47,433 nt of DNA, taken from IMG/VR virus record IMGVR_UViG_3300015050_000778, positions 1 through 47,433 of that record; one strand, written 5' to 3'. Shown one piece after another: positions 1 through 8,393 of the stretch. The position numbers and the translations under genes are program-made. The notes under the pieces are model-generated. The model ran no database searches, had not been told where the DNA came from, and was given only the letters and a program-made list of their open reading frames with translations. The stretch's first letter is position 1. Every line of letters begins with the position of its first letter. The stretch comes from a virus. Its lineage: Duplodnaviria > Caudoviricetes.

Positions 1-108
1 AACGCAGCAGCCCTCGCAGCAGCCCTCGCAGCACCCCCCGCAGCATCCCCCGCAGCAGCCCCCGCAGCAGCCCCCGCAGCAGCCCTCGCAGCACCCCCCG
101 CAGCAGCC
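1..108 (-). repeat. 12-nt tandem repeat GCTGCG-NGG-GNT (AAxx), about 8 units plus a partial
   Basis: Read directly; coding repeat at the window edge. Confidence 0.95.
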
Positions 109-557
109 GCTTCTTGCGATGCAATGCGAACTTTCACGCCAGCAGCAGCGGCGCCAGCCATGTCGGCAATGGCTTCGAGTTCGCGCAGCGCCTTGGCCTG
201 AGTATGCAGCGCTGGCACCATGTCCAGCCACTTCGGCGTGTAGACGCGGATCAGCCAGTCAAGCGCCATGTAGCTTCGGCGCTCTTCGACTTCCTTGGTG
301 CTGCGCGTTCCGACGATCAACGGAATCAACGGCTTGAGCAGGCGGTCACGTTCGGAATCACTGGGCAGCGAGTCATTCCATGAAACCATGAAGGCGGTGA
401 TGACGGGGCATGCACACTGCGGGGCATCGCTCCATGGTTCGCCGGCCACGTAGGCGACTGCTTCCATGACGCACATTTCGCCTTCGCTTGGTCTGTGATT
501 ACCGCTCTTGAGCGTTGCCACTTCAGCGAGACGGTCGGGGTTGATTGCTACTTCCAT
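1..557 (-). CDS. Hypothetical protein with C-terminal AAxx tetrapeptide repeats, 5' part (continues across the window junction at 47433..47298)
   Basis: Not in the ORF track because it runs off the edge. ATG at 557 with GGAG upstream; open frame MEVAINPDRLAEVATLKSGNH...CVMEAVAYVAGEPWSDAPQCACPVI...AAAAGGAARAAAGAAAG to base 1. Confidence 0.85.
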   Translation of the reverse strand, partial: MEVAINPDRLAEVATLKSGNHRPSEGEMCVMEAVAYVAGEPWSDAPQCACPVITAFMVSWNDSLPSDSERDRLLKPLIPLIVGTRSTKEVEERRSYMALDWLIRVYTPKWLDMVPALHTQAKALRELEAIADMAGAAAAGVKVRIASQEAAAAGGAARAAAGAAAGAAAGDAAGGAARAAARAAA

Positions 558-626
558 GCTCTTCTCCAGTTATCCGTTATTGAGGAAACTTGTCTGTTAA
601 TGCCCCATTGGGGGGGGGGACGAGGT

Positions 627-1229
627 TTAGGCGATGCCTTTATCTGCAAGCGCTTTGGGCACTTCGTCTTTTTTGATGGTCTTTTTGAAGCCCGCATTTG
701 CGGCGGTGTGGAACACCACGATCCCCTCGGGGTCGTAAAAGCCAGGAGCGGCGACACTACCGTTTGCTGCAAGGTTATCAATGCAGTCCTGTGCCATTGC
801 GGTGGCGAACATGCCGTCATACAGAACAGGCACTACGTGGCAGCAAGGAGGACGGCAAGATTCATCACCCCAGCGCTGAACATTGAACAGGCTGAAGCGT
901 TTTTCTTGCAAGCCGTAGCGCCGTTGTATGCCTGCGCCCCACCACTCGCCGAAGTGACGACCTTCGCCAAGTTCTGAGAGTTGCTCAGCATGCTCTTTAA
1001 CCCAGCGGGCGAAGCCGTATTTATCGTCTTCAGGGGTAATCCACTTGGTGCGCGAACCCGCATATAGCAGGAGGTCGCCATGCGCGGCAATGATTGGCGT
1101 GTCAGTTGGTATGGCTTCGTGGCCTGGCAGGCGACGGATGAAAATCTGAGCGTTCGTTCCGTCCAGTTTTTCAGTGATGATTACGCGACGGGTCAGCCGC
1201 GCCATCTTCGGAAATTCTTCAAACTCCAT
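627..1229 (-). CDS. ATP-dependent RNA ligase (Rnl2-like nucleotidyltransferase domain)
   Basis: Motif I TEKLDGTN, GEW, FSLF, EGIV and a C-terminal KK; 200 aa with no OB domain; GGAG RBS. Confidence 0.8.
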   Translation of the reverse strand: MEFEEFPKMARLTRRVIITEKLDGTNAQIFIRRLPGHEAIPTDTPIIAAHGDLLLYAGSRTKWITPEDDKYGFARWVKEHAEQLSELGEGRHFGEWWGAGIQRRYGLQEKRFSLFNVQRWGDESCRPPCCHVVPVLYDGMFATAMAQDCIDNLAANGSVAAPGFYDPEGIVVFHTAANAGFKKTIKKDEVPKALADKGIA

Positions 1230-1261
1230 GCCGATCTCCAGTAGTTAATAAATCCAAACAA

Positions 1262-1402
1262 AGTGATTCGGAGGAGTGGCTGGGCTGCGTTCACCGCTAC
1301 CTACCTTATTTCCCTATCGCTTTCGCGAGTCGTCGGTTTTCATTTAAGGGGGTCGTACCTCTACGCCCAGATCCCGCCATGCAACCACTCCACCGAATCA
1401 CT
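1262..1402 (-). ncRNA. Putative structured ncRNA unit A, closed by a 21-bp terminal stem
   Basis: 1262-1282 pairs with 1382-1402 (one U-U, one G.U on the minus strand); internal TCGC-GAAA-GCGA GNRA hairpin. Confidence 0.55.
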
Positions 1403-1543
1403 CTCCACCTCAAGAGCGATGAATAGGACGGGCTGGGATTGATTCCAGCTTCACAATCGCGCTGCGTTGCACCCGCTTGACTGGACCCCGGCAAGGGCAC
1501 ACGACCTTCCGTGCTGCCATCCTATTCATCACTCTCCACCTCA
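1397..1543. repeat. 16-bp exact direct repeat ATCACTCTCCACCTCA (1397-1412 and 1528-1543)
   Basis: Read directly; period 131 nt, at the 5' boundary of each ncRNA unit. Confidence 0.95.
1413..1535 (-). ncRNA. Putative structured ncRNA unit B, 19-bp terminal stem, loosely tRNA-like arms
   Basis: 1413-1431 pairs with 1517-1535; both differences are G.U on the minus strand. Internal hairpins GCACG-GAAGGT-CGTGT and GCTGG-AATCAATC-CCAGC. Confidence 0.6.
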
Positions 1544-1651
1544 CCCCATGAGCTGCGATACCTGGTATCTAGAACCGCCCTTGTCATCTACGCAGGCTGT
1601 CGGCGAAGGATCGATGCGCCGGGTTCGTTTGCTTTTGAAGCGAGTGAGTGG

Positions 1652-1680
1652 ACTTTGCCATAGTCGTGTCACACCGTCAA
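1652..1680 (-). promoter_or_regulatory. Leftward sigma70-like promoter
   Basis: TTGACG-17 nt-CAAAGT with an upstream TG on the minus strand; faces the ncRNA units and RNA ligase. Confidence 0.55.
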
Positions 1681-1697
1681 GCGTTATTTATCGTAGA

Positions 1698-1714
1698 AAA
1701 CCCTAATAGGGTTT
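1698..1714. promoter_or_regulatory. Palindrome AAACCCTA-A-TAGGGTTT between divergent promoters
   Basis: Perfect 8-bp inverted repeat with a 1-nt spacer. Confidence 0.5.
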
Positions 1715-1721
1715 CGGGCTG

Positions 1722-1750
1722 TTGCATGAATTCCCTGGCTGTGCCACACT
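1722..1750 (+). promoter_or_regulatory. Rightward sigma70-like promoter, probably giving a leaderless mRNA
   Basis: TTGCAT-17 nt-CACACT, with ATG 1758 following 7 nt later and no RBS. Confidence 0.5.
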
Positions 1751-1757
1751 ATACGAC

Positions 1758-1907
1758 ATGAAGACACCAAACACCAAATCAAAATCCGAGGGCGTGCGTT
1801 TGTCGCATGAACACTGGCCGAAGTTGCGTGAGCTGATTCAAGCTAAGGGGCGCGCATGGCTTGAAAAGCTGATTGACCGAGAACACAAAAAGATTCTCGA
1901 AAAATGA
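1758..1907 (+). CDS. Small basic DNA-binding regulator (Cro/Arc-like position)
   Basis: MKTPNTKSKSEGVRLSHEHWPKLRELIQAKGRAWLEKLID; first gene of the rightward arm. Confidence 0.6.
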   Translation: MKTPNTKSKSEGVRLSHEHWPKLRELIQAKGRAWLEKLIDREHKKILEK

Positions 1908-2359
1908 GAACGAAAAAAGTTAACCGCTACTGGTGCGACTTCTGCAACAAGGCGGGGCTCCAATCTCGCGCTATGGCTGTGCATGAAAAGCATTGCACAT
2001 TGAACCCAGCGAGAGCATGTCGCGTGTGCCATCTGCTGGAAGGCTCAGACGGAGACCATGAGGACAAAAAGCCGCTGGCTGAGTTGATCGCCATGTTGCC
2101 GGATTCAACGGCATATAACTCATTAAAACCTGAGGACTACGCCCACTCATGGGAGACCCATCGAGAATTGTCTGATTCGCTTACGGCCGTATTCCCAGCA
2201 TTTCGCAAGGCCGCTGGTGACTGCCCAGCATGCATGATGGCCGCGCTACGTCTAGCAAAGATTCCCGTGCCAATGGCCGAATGCTTTGACTATAAAAAAG
2301 AGATGGCGAGGGTTTTTGAACACTCGAATTCCGCAAGGAATGAAGATCAATATTATTGA
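1904..2359 (+). CDS. Hypothetical Cys/His-rich (zinc-binding) protein
   Basis: CDFC, HEKHC, CRVC and CPAC motifs; overlaps the upstream stop. Confidence 0.75.
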   Translation: MRTKKVNRYWCDFCNKAGLQSRAMAVHEKHCTLNPARACRVCHLLEGSDGDHEDKKPLAELIAMLPDSTAYNSLKPEDYAHSWETHRELSDSLTAVFPAFRKAAGDCPACMMAALRLAKIPVPMAECFDYKKEMARVFEHSNSARNEDQYY

Positions 2360-2371
2360 TTGGACAACCAA

Positions 2372-2563
2372 ATGAGACTAGTAGTAATTGAGGCAAGCAC
2401 ATTCCGCTATGCAGTCTATGAAGACCGGGAGCGGAAGGCTGTTTATCAAGCGCCGTATGTTCTCGATGCGGTAGACGTGGAAGACCTACGGGCTAATCCG
2501 CCTTATTTGTTGCGGACAATTCTCACGCCGAATATTCCCGATGAAACCGGGCCACCTGTTTAA
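2372..2563 (+). CDS. Hypothetical protein
   Basis: Fills the gap in the operon; start uncertain. Confidence 0.45.
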   Translation: MRLVVIEASTFRYAVYEDRERKAVYQAPYVLDAVDVEDLRANPPYLLRTILTPNIPDETGPPV

Positions 2564-2578
2564 ACCAATGGAGATTCA

Positions 2579-2776
2579 ATGACAAATCCCTTCCTCTGGC
2601 GCGACGCACCAAGCGAGACAGGCGCATCTCTGGGGCGAACCCAGCGCGCACCGAAAAAGCCAGCGACCCCAATCACGTATTCAAAGAAGCCCGCGCACCA
2701 CTTGCGCCCAGTTGACCAAACCCAATCCATCAACACCGAGAGGCCCAAGGCCAAGCCGGTCTATTCCGCTGAATAA
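2579..2776 (+). CDS. Hypothetical protein
   Basis: GGAG RBS, operon context. Confidence 0.6.
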   Translation: MTNPFLWRDAPSETGASLGRTQRAPKKPATPITYSKKPAHHLRPVDQTQSINTERPKAKPVYSAE

Positions 2777-2802
2777 CAGATTAATCCATCAAGGAGTTGA
2801 CT

Positions 2803-3288
2803 ATGAGTGACCAGATAAAGCCGTGTCCATTTTGCGGAAATGTCGGGCTTGACTTTACGGAGGGATCTACGTTTCGCTGGATGCTTGCAAGTTGTAGTGA
2901 ATGCGGCGCTACCTGTGGCGAAGAGCGCGTTCAGACATCTGGTAATGGCTACCGAGAGGATTGGTGGCAAGAAGCAAAAATACGCGCAACAAAAACATGG
3001 AACACCCGCGCCACCCAACCACAAGCACCGCAAGGGGGCTGGCAACCGATTGAGACGGCGCCGAAGGATGGCAGTGTTATCCAAATCTGCAGCGGAGGCG
3101 ACTCGGTCCGGGCTGCTTATTGGTACGCAGCCAAAGGCGTCGAAGCGGGCGAGGGAAACGAGAAGTACCCATGGGTCTTTCTGGACCCCCAAAACGCCTA
3201 TAGAGGGAACGCACTGGCGCCTCACGCCCTCACCGCATGGAGGCCACTCGACGCCGCCCCCACTGAAACACCAGAGGCCGGGAAATGA
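2803..3288 (+). CDS. Lar-family (restriction alleviation-like) zinc-finger protein fused to a WQPIETAPKDG module
   Basis: KPCPFCG...CSECG...WNTR pattern; AAGGAG RBS. Confidence 0.7.
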   Translation: MSDQIKPCPFCGNVGLDFTEGSTFRWMLASCSECGATCGEERVQTSGNGYREDWWQEAKIRATKTWNTRATQPQAPQGGWQPIETAPKDGSVIQICSGGDSVRAAYWYAAKGVEAGEGNEKYPWVFLDPQNAYRGNALAPHALTAWRPLDAAPTETPEAGK

Positions 3289-3494
3289 AGCTGCTGCTGC
3301 GTTTTTGCGAATCTATGAAGGTCACGCTCTATCAGTGGCGTTATGCCTTTTACGGCGTTGGCGTCCTGTGGGTCTTTCTTTCGGCCTTGGCTCTGATGTA
3401 CGGGCCGTGGTGGCTATTCCCGCCATATCTGTCCATGGGTGCCGCTTACTTTTGGTTCTACGAGAAATGCAAGACCTGGAAGGCCAAACCATGA
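3285..3494 (+). CDS. Small membrane protein
   Basis: Two hydrophobic segments; ATGA overlaps at both ends. Confidence 0.6.
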   Translation: MKLLLRFCESMKVTLYQWRYAFYGVGVLWVFLSALALMYGPWWLFPPYLSMGAAYFWFYEKCKTWKAKP

Positions 3495-3877
3495 ACGCCT
3501 GCGACCAACCCAAAACCGGATGGCCTGCCGGGATGCTTCAAGACGACAGCCCGGAACTCAGCCGCTGGCTTGCATCAAAGCCTGACGCATTGGTACACGT
3601 TCGGGCTGCTGGGTTCGTCCATACGCGGGCTAGGGTTACAGACTGCGACACTCCCAAAACGGCCGCAAAAGCCGCCACAACCCGCAAAGCCGACTCAGAG
3701 CGCATCGCCATTGCCGCCGCAGTTAAAGCTGCACCTGGTGGGCTTACGGCGCGTGAGGTGGCGGATTTGACGGGGCTGGATTATTACATTGTCCAGAGAA
3801 GAATCTCGGAAACAGGACTGACCAAAACCGCAGAGATTCGCGACGGTTGCCGCGTATGGTCGGCAAATAGCGCTTGA
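3491..3877 (+). CDS. Putative winged-HTH DNA-binding protein
   Basis: GLTAREVADLTGLDYYIVQRRISE; true start at the internal ATG of track ORF 2840..3877. Confidence 0.65.
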   Translation: MNACDQPKTGWPAGMLQDDSPELSRWLASKPDALVHVRAAGFVHTRARVTDCDTPKTAAKAATTRKADSERIAIAAAVKAAPGGLTAREVADLTGLDYYIVQRRISETGLTKTAEIRDGCRVWSANSA

Positions 3878-3902
3878 CAGGCAGGAAAATATGCTGTTAA
3901 AT
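3874..3902 (+). promoter_or_regulatory. Sigma70-like promoter upstream of the helicase-MTase
   Basis: TTGACA-17 nt-TTAAAT. Confidence 0.55.
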
Positions 3903-3914
3903 ACTCGCATCTAC

Positions 3915-4060
3915 GGATTGGTAACCCGTAGTAGTTCTGACAAACGAATGCCGCTAAAGCCTCTTAGGTGTGCGGGTTTGTATAAAACTGAAGGTGCCCG
4001 TGTCAGCGGCCCGGAAGTGGTCACCAAGCCCAGCCCGTACACCTCAGGGGCTTTTTGCTT
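3915..4060 (+). ncRNA. Structured leader / attenuator-like RNA
   Basis: 22-bp stem (3956-3977 with 4033-4054) followed by a T-run; the loop contains complements of the 5' leader. Confidence 0.55.
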
Positions 4061-4395
4061 GGCGATCACACAAACCCCTCAGAGCGGGTTAGCAAATGGG
4101 CCTAAATGGGCCGCACTCAAGAAACATCGACTGCCACGTAAGGGCAAACTTGAAAGACTGGGCGCATTGCAGGGGGCCTGTGTTGTAGGCAGAACAGCCG
4201 AATTCACGAACGAACCGTCAAAGGCTGAAGTAGGGTGGCAGGGACGTGCCAGTGGTTTAAGCCAACCACTTTCTAAATCGTCAGGTTTCGATAAAGTCTT
4301 TCAGGTATCAGGTTCATTGTTCAACAGGAAAGCCGGGGAGGGTTCAGCCAACCCCTGCATTAGGCGACCTATGACTAAAAATAAAGAGGGTAAAA

Positions 4396-6606
4396 ATGAA
4401 TGATTACGAGGGGTTTGTAAGGTCAAAACGCAGGGCAGAAGTCGCAACGGGTCACGTTCCTGGCGAACTTAACGAGCATCTTTTTGACTTCCAGCACGCG
4501 ATTGTCTCGTGGGCCGTTCGCAGGGGGCGTGCCGCCATCTTTGCCGATACTGGCCTCGGGAAAACGCTCATGCAACTTGCGTGGGCTGAAGAAGTGGCTG
4601 AAAAAACAGGCGGGATCGTCCTGATTCTCGCGCCGCTTGCCGTGTCCGAGCAGACCATCGAACAAGGAAAGACGTTCGGCATTGAAGTGGCCCGAGTGCC
4701 ACATGGCGAGGCCCCTACATCATCCGGCGTCTGGATAACCAATTACGAGCGCATGGATTCCGTGGACTTTTCCGAATTGAGCGGAATTGTGCTGGACGAG
4801 TCCAGTATCCTTAAAAGCCATACAGGGAAAACCCGTACTGCCATTATTGAGGCCAGCCAAAAAGTCCCGTATCGACTGAGCTGCACAGCCACACCATCAC
4901 CTAACGACTTTGACGAATTGGGAAACCAGTGCGAGTTTTTGGGCGTGATGACGCGCACGGAAATGCTGGCTACCTATTTTGTTAACGACACTGGAGACAC
5001 GGGGACATGGCGGCTTAAAGGCTGGGGCGCATCGAAGTTTTGGGAGTGGATGGGAACATGGGCGGTTGTTTTGCGCAACCCTTCTGATCTCGGATTTGAT
5101 GGCTCTAAATACGTATTGCCAGAACCTCAATATTTTGAGCATGTCGTCCAAACGGAACTAATCGGAGACGAGTTGTTCGCCCGCCCCGCCTTGTCCATGC
5201 TTGAGCGCAGAAAAGCGCAGCGTGACAGCATAGAAGCACGCTGCAAGGCATTGGCCGATGTGGTGAATGCCGATACATCGGAGCCATGGCTTATTTGGAC
5301 TCACTTGAACGATGAGGCTGAAATGTTGGCAAGCCTGATTCCTGGTGCGGTCAATGTTCAGGGGTCAGATTCTCCAGAATCCAAGACCAGAAACATGATG
5401 GCATTCACGCATGGAGAGTTGCGAGTTCTTATCAGCAAGCCAAAAATATGCGGTTATGGCATGAACTGGCAACACTGCGCACGCATGGCTTTTGTGGGGC
5501 TTGACGACTCATTCGAGAAGTTCTATCAGGCCGTCCGCAGATGCTTTCGATTCGGGCAAAAGCGTAATGTGCATGTTCACGTTTTCACTGCTGAGAACGA
5601 AGGTCAGATTCTTGCCAACATTAAACGCAAGGAAGTAAATCACCACGACATGAGCGCGAACATGATTGAACACATGAAAGATATTATGAACAAAGAACTT
5701 GCCGGACAAGAGAACGTAGTCGACGAATACCGCGAAGCGACCCATGCAGGAGATGGCTTTACCGTTCACCTTGGAGACTGCGTAAAGCACACCCGAAAGA
5801 TGGCCGATAACTCGATTGATTACAGCGTGTTTTCGCCCCCATTCGCGGATCTGTTTGTTTACTCCAACAGCGACCACGATATGGGGAATTGCAAAGACGA
5901 TGCCGAATTCGTTGCGCAGCTGCGATTCCTGATCGCCGAGCTTTTCAGGGTCATCAAGCCGGGTCATAACGTCTCGTTTCACTGCATGAATTTGCCGACC
6001 ACAAAGATGCGGCAGGGCTTTATCGGCCTGCGTGACTTCAGGGGCGACCTCATACGCGCATTTCAGGACGCAGGGTTTATCTATCATTCTGAGGTCTGTA
6101 TATGGAAAGACCCGGTAGTCGCAATGCAGCGCACAAAGGCATTGGGACTGCTGCATAAGACCATCCGGGAAAATAGCACCATGAGCCGGATGGGGCTTCC
6201 TGACTACGTCGTGACGATGCGCAAGCCTGGAGAAATAACCGAGCGCGTCACCCACGGGGGAGATCTGCCAGTGCATTTGTGGCAAAAATATGCAAGCCCG
6301 ATTTGGGACGATATTAATCAAGGAAGGACGCTTAACAAACTGCCGGCCCGTGATGGCAACGACGAAAAGCATATGTGCCCGCTGCAACTGGACGTAATCG
6401 AGCGGTGCATTCACCTTTGGACAAACCCAGGTGATTTGGTGTTTTCGCCGTTTACCGGCATAGGGTCAGAAGGATATTGTGCCGTCAAGATGGGCCGCAA
6501 GTTCGTTGGGACTGAATTGAAGCCCGCATATTACGAATTGGCGTGCCAGAACATCGACGATGCGCGGCAATCAGAGACAGAGGGATTGTTTGCCGAGGCC
6601 GCATGA
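4396..6606 (+). CDS. SNF2-like (SF2) helicase fused to a beta-class amino DNA methyltransferase
   Basis: DTGLGKT, LDESS, TATP, GYGMNWQ, QAVRRCFRFGQ; then SPPF preceding PFTGIGS. Confidence 0.9.
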   Translation: MNDYEGFVRSKRRAEVATGHVPGELNEHLFDFQHAIVSWAVRRGRAAIFADTGLGKTLMQLAWAEEVAEKTGGIVLILAPLAVSEQTIEQGKTFGIEVARVPHGEAPTSSGVWITNYERMDSVDFSELSGIVLDESSILKSHTGKTRTAIIEASQKVPYRLSCTATPSPNDFDELGNQCEFLGVMTRTEMLATYFVNDTGDTGTWRLKGWGASKFWEWMGTWAVVLRNPSDLGFDGSKYVLPEPQYFEHVVQTELIGDELFARPALSMLERRKAQRDSIEARCKALADVVNADTSEPWLIWTHLNDEAEMLASLIPGAVNVQGSDSPESKTRNMMAFTHGELRVLISKPKICGYGMNWQHCARMAFVGLDDSFEKFYQAVRRCFRFGQKRNVHVHVFTAENEGQILANIKRKEVNHHDMSANMIEHMKDIMNKELAGQENVVDEYREATHAGDGFTVHLGDCVKHTRKMADNSIDYSVFSPPFADLFVYSNSDHDMGNCKDDAEFVAQLRFLIAELFRVIKPGHNVSFHCMNLPTTKMRQGFIGLRDFRGDLIRAFQDAGFIYHSEVCIWKDPVVAMQRTKALGLLHKTIRENSTMSRMGLPDYVVTMRKPGEITERVTHGGDLPVHLWQKYASPIWDDINQGRTLNKLPARDGNDEKHMCPLQLDVIERCIHLWTNPGDLVFSPFTGIGSEGYCAVKMGRKFVGTELKPAYYELACQNIDDARQSETEGLFAEAA

Positions 6607-7028
6607 TGGACTTATTCGGCGACACCATAACCACGCCAGCCGCATCTACAACTCGCATGCCCAGCCTAATCAATGCTGCCTACGGTTTCCCCGAATGGTG
6701 GAAGGCCTGGCCCACAAACAGCCGCAAGGTAGCGAAACAGCAGTGTTTAGATAAATGGGCTCGGCTTGAGTGCGCAAGCTCCTACAGCCTGATCCTGGCT
6801 CATACTGAGTGGATGAAAACGCAGGATGATTGGTTGCGAGACAACGGAAGATTCGTCTGCGCCCCGTTGGTTTATCTCAATCAGCAGAGATGGGCCGATT
6901 GGGAGCCACCAGCTCCAACGAGGCCCAAGCACGATGTTCTGGCCGAGTTGAAGGCCCACGTAGGGGCGAAGCCGTCAGCCGAAACACTGGAACGCATTGC
7001 TCGGATCAAGAAAGGGTTGCCATCATGA
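6603..7028 (+). CDS. Putative phage replication protein (short initiator-like C-terminal domain)
   Basis: FPEWWKAWP..RKVAK..C..KW and PLVYLNQQRW patterns; ATGA overlap. Confidence 0.65.
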   Translation: MMDLFGDTITTPAASTTRMPSLINAAYGFPEWWKAWPTNSRKVAKQQCLDKWARLECASSYSLILAHTEWMKTQDDWLRDNGRFVCAPLVYLNQQRWADWEPPAPTRPKHDVLAELKAHVGAKPSAETLERIARIKKGLPS

Positions 7029-7192
7029 ACCACCTGAAAAACGCTATCGAAATCGTAGCTGATGCACCGATAACGGCTGAAGACTTTGCGGACTGCTATA
7101 CGCATCTCCCGCGCTCTGAATGCTATTTCCTGCTAACGCTCTTGGCCGGCGCGGGGATCTTGCATTTCAATAACGGTGTTTATGCAATATGA
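7025..7192 (+). CDS. Hypothetical protein
   Basis: MNHLKNAIEIVAD...; ATGA overlaps. Confidence 0.6.
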   Translation: MNHLKNAIEIVADAPITAEDFADCYTHLPRSECYFLLTLLAGAGILHFNNGVYAI

Positions 7193-7434
7193 CATGCCAA
7201 TCTTGCGAATCCTTCGCCAGCAACCGCCAGACCGGCAGCTACAACGCTAATTGCATGGACTGCGACGCTCGCCACCTATCACAAAGCCCGGTATATTTCG
7301 ACGCCGTGAAAGCCGGGGCAATCACTGACGCCTATAAATGGGCGCTGAAAAACATCGTCGGCGATGGGGATTGGAAGACGCTCCACCTTCGCGTCAAACA
7401 CTATTCTGGGCTTATTCGTGGAGAAGCCGCATGA
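7189..7434 (+). CDS. Hypothetical CxxC protein
   Basis: CQSC and CMDC; overlap-coupled. Confidence 0.7.
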   Translation: MTCQSCESFASNRQTGSYNANCMDCDARHLSQSPVYFDAVKAGAITDAYKWALKNIVGDGDWKTLHLRVKHYSGLIRGEAA

Positions 7435-8021
7435 TCCCAAAGAAGACCGTCAAGCCTAAGACCTGCAAAAACAAGGCCTGCGGCACAAAGTTTACGCCTG
7501 TTCGGCCTTTGCAGAATGTCTGCTCAGGGCTTTGCGGTCTGACCTTAGCCCGGGGTGCAAGGGAGAAGGCGGAAAAGAAGGCGAAGGTGGTGGATCGGCG
7601 GGAGACGAAGGCCAAGCTGGAGAAGCTGAAGACCATCGCCAAACTGATCGCCGCTGCGCAGATCCCTTTTAACCTTTTCATCCGCCTGCGGGATAAAGAC
7701 AAGGGCTGTTTCGTCTGCCTTAAACCGTTTGAGGATAAACCTGGCCGAGTCCAGCACGCCGGCCATGTTCGCAGCCGTGGCGCGGCTGGACACCTCCGCT
7801 TTAATGAGGATAATTGTTTAGGCGAATGCGAGGGTTGTAATGGCCCACGCGGGGCCAAGCCGCACGAAATCAAGGCCGGGGCTATAGCGCGCATTGGGCA
7901 AGAGCGATTTGACGCCCTGGAGGCTGACAATGAACCGCATAAATGGCAGCGTGACGAGTTGATCGAGATTAAGACCACTTATGCGGCCAAGGCCCGCGCA
8001 CTGAAAGCACAACATGGTTAA
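7431..8021 (+). CDS. ninG: NinG/Rap-family recombination endonuclease
   Basis: KTCKNKACG.KF.P..PLQNVCS..C, FNLFIRLRD..C..C, AGH.RSRGAAGHLRFNEDN...C..CN. Confidence 0.85.
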   Translation: MIPKKTVKPKTCKNKACGTKFTPVRPLQNVCSGLCGLTLARGAREKAEKKAKVVDRRETKAKLEKLKTIAKLIAAAQIPFNLFIRLRDKDKGCFVCLKPFEDKPGRVQHAGHVRSRGAAGHLRFNEDNCLGECEGCNGPRGAKPHEIKAGAIARIGQERFDALEADNEPHKWQRDELIEIKTTYAAKARALKAQHG

Positions 8022-8208
8022 CCAGGGACATAGGTATCGCATGGGCTCTAGCAAAGACGTTCTGGCGCTGGAAAGCGGGTCCGGTGTGGTGAGGGTGGCC
8101 GAGATCGACACATCTCAGCCGTGGGGATTGGGACGGCCAGAGCATGTGCCCGCGCAATTTCTCGATCCATTGCCTATGCGGTATTTCCACGGGGCCACCC
8201 CATCATGA
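8014..8208 (+). CDS. Hypothetical protein
   Basis: Overlap-coupled ORF. Confidence 0.65.
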   Translation: MVNQGHRYRMGSSKDVLALESGSGVVRVAEIDTSQPWGLGRPEHVPAQFLDPLPMRYFHGATPS

Positions 8209-8393
8209 CGTTCATCGAAGCAAAAATGGTGAGGGCTAGAGAACTATCTGGCGGCTACGTCAAACCAGAGCACCGAGCTGAAGCGATTTGGATACTCCGA
8301 AGCGATGGGAAGCGCGCCTTCTCTGCGGCCCGGTTCGATATTGATAACGAACAGGTTCGGCTGCTAGAGGTGGAGATGGGGAGGCTATCGTGA
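8205..8393 (+). CDS. Hypothetical protein
   Basis: MTFIEAKMV...; ATGA overlap. Confidence 0.6.
   Translation: MTFIEAKMVRARELSGGYVKPEHRAEAIWILRSDGKRAFSAARFDIDNEQVRLLEVEMGRLS

Noticed and set aside
1413-1535. Canonical tRNA gene
   Set aside because: No TTCRA T-loop, no clear anticodon arm and no 7-bp acceptor stem with CCA; kept only as a loosely tRNA-like ncRNA.
1397-1543. CRISPR mini-array
   Set aside because: Only two 16-bp repeats with a 115-nt structured interval, and no cas genes.
2840-3490. N-terminal part of the 345-aa ORF 2840..3877
   Set aside because: Overlaps two better-supported genes; the real start is probably ATG 3491.
3891-4403. 170-aa CDS
   Set aside because: Starts inside a predicted promoter, spans a terminator-like hairpin and has no recognisable motifs; not fully excluded.
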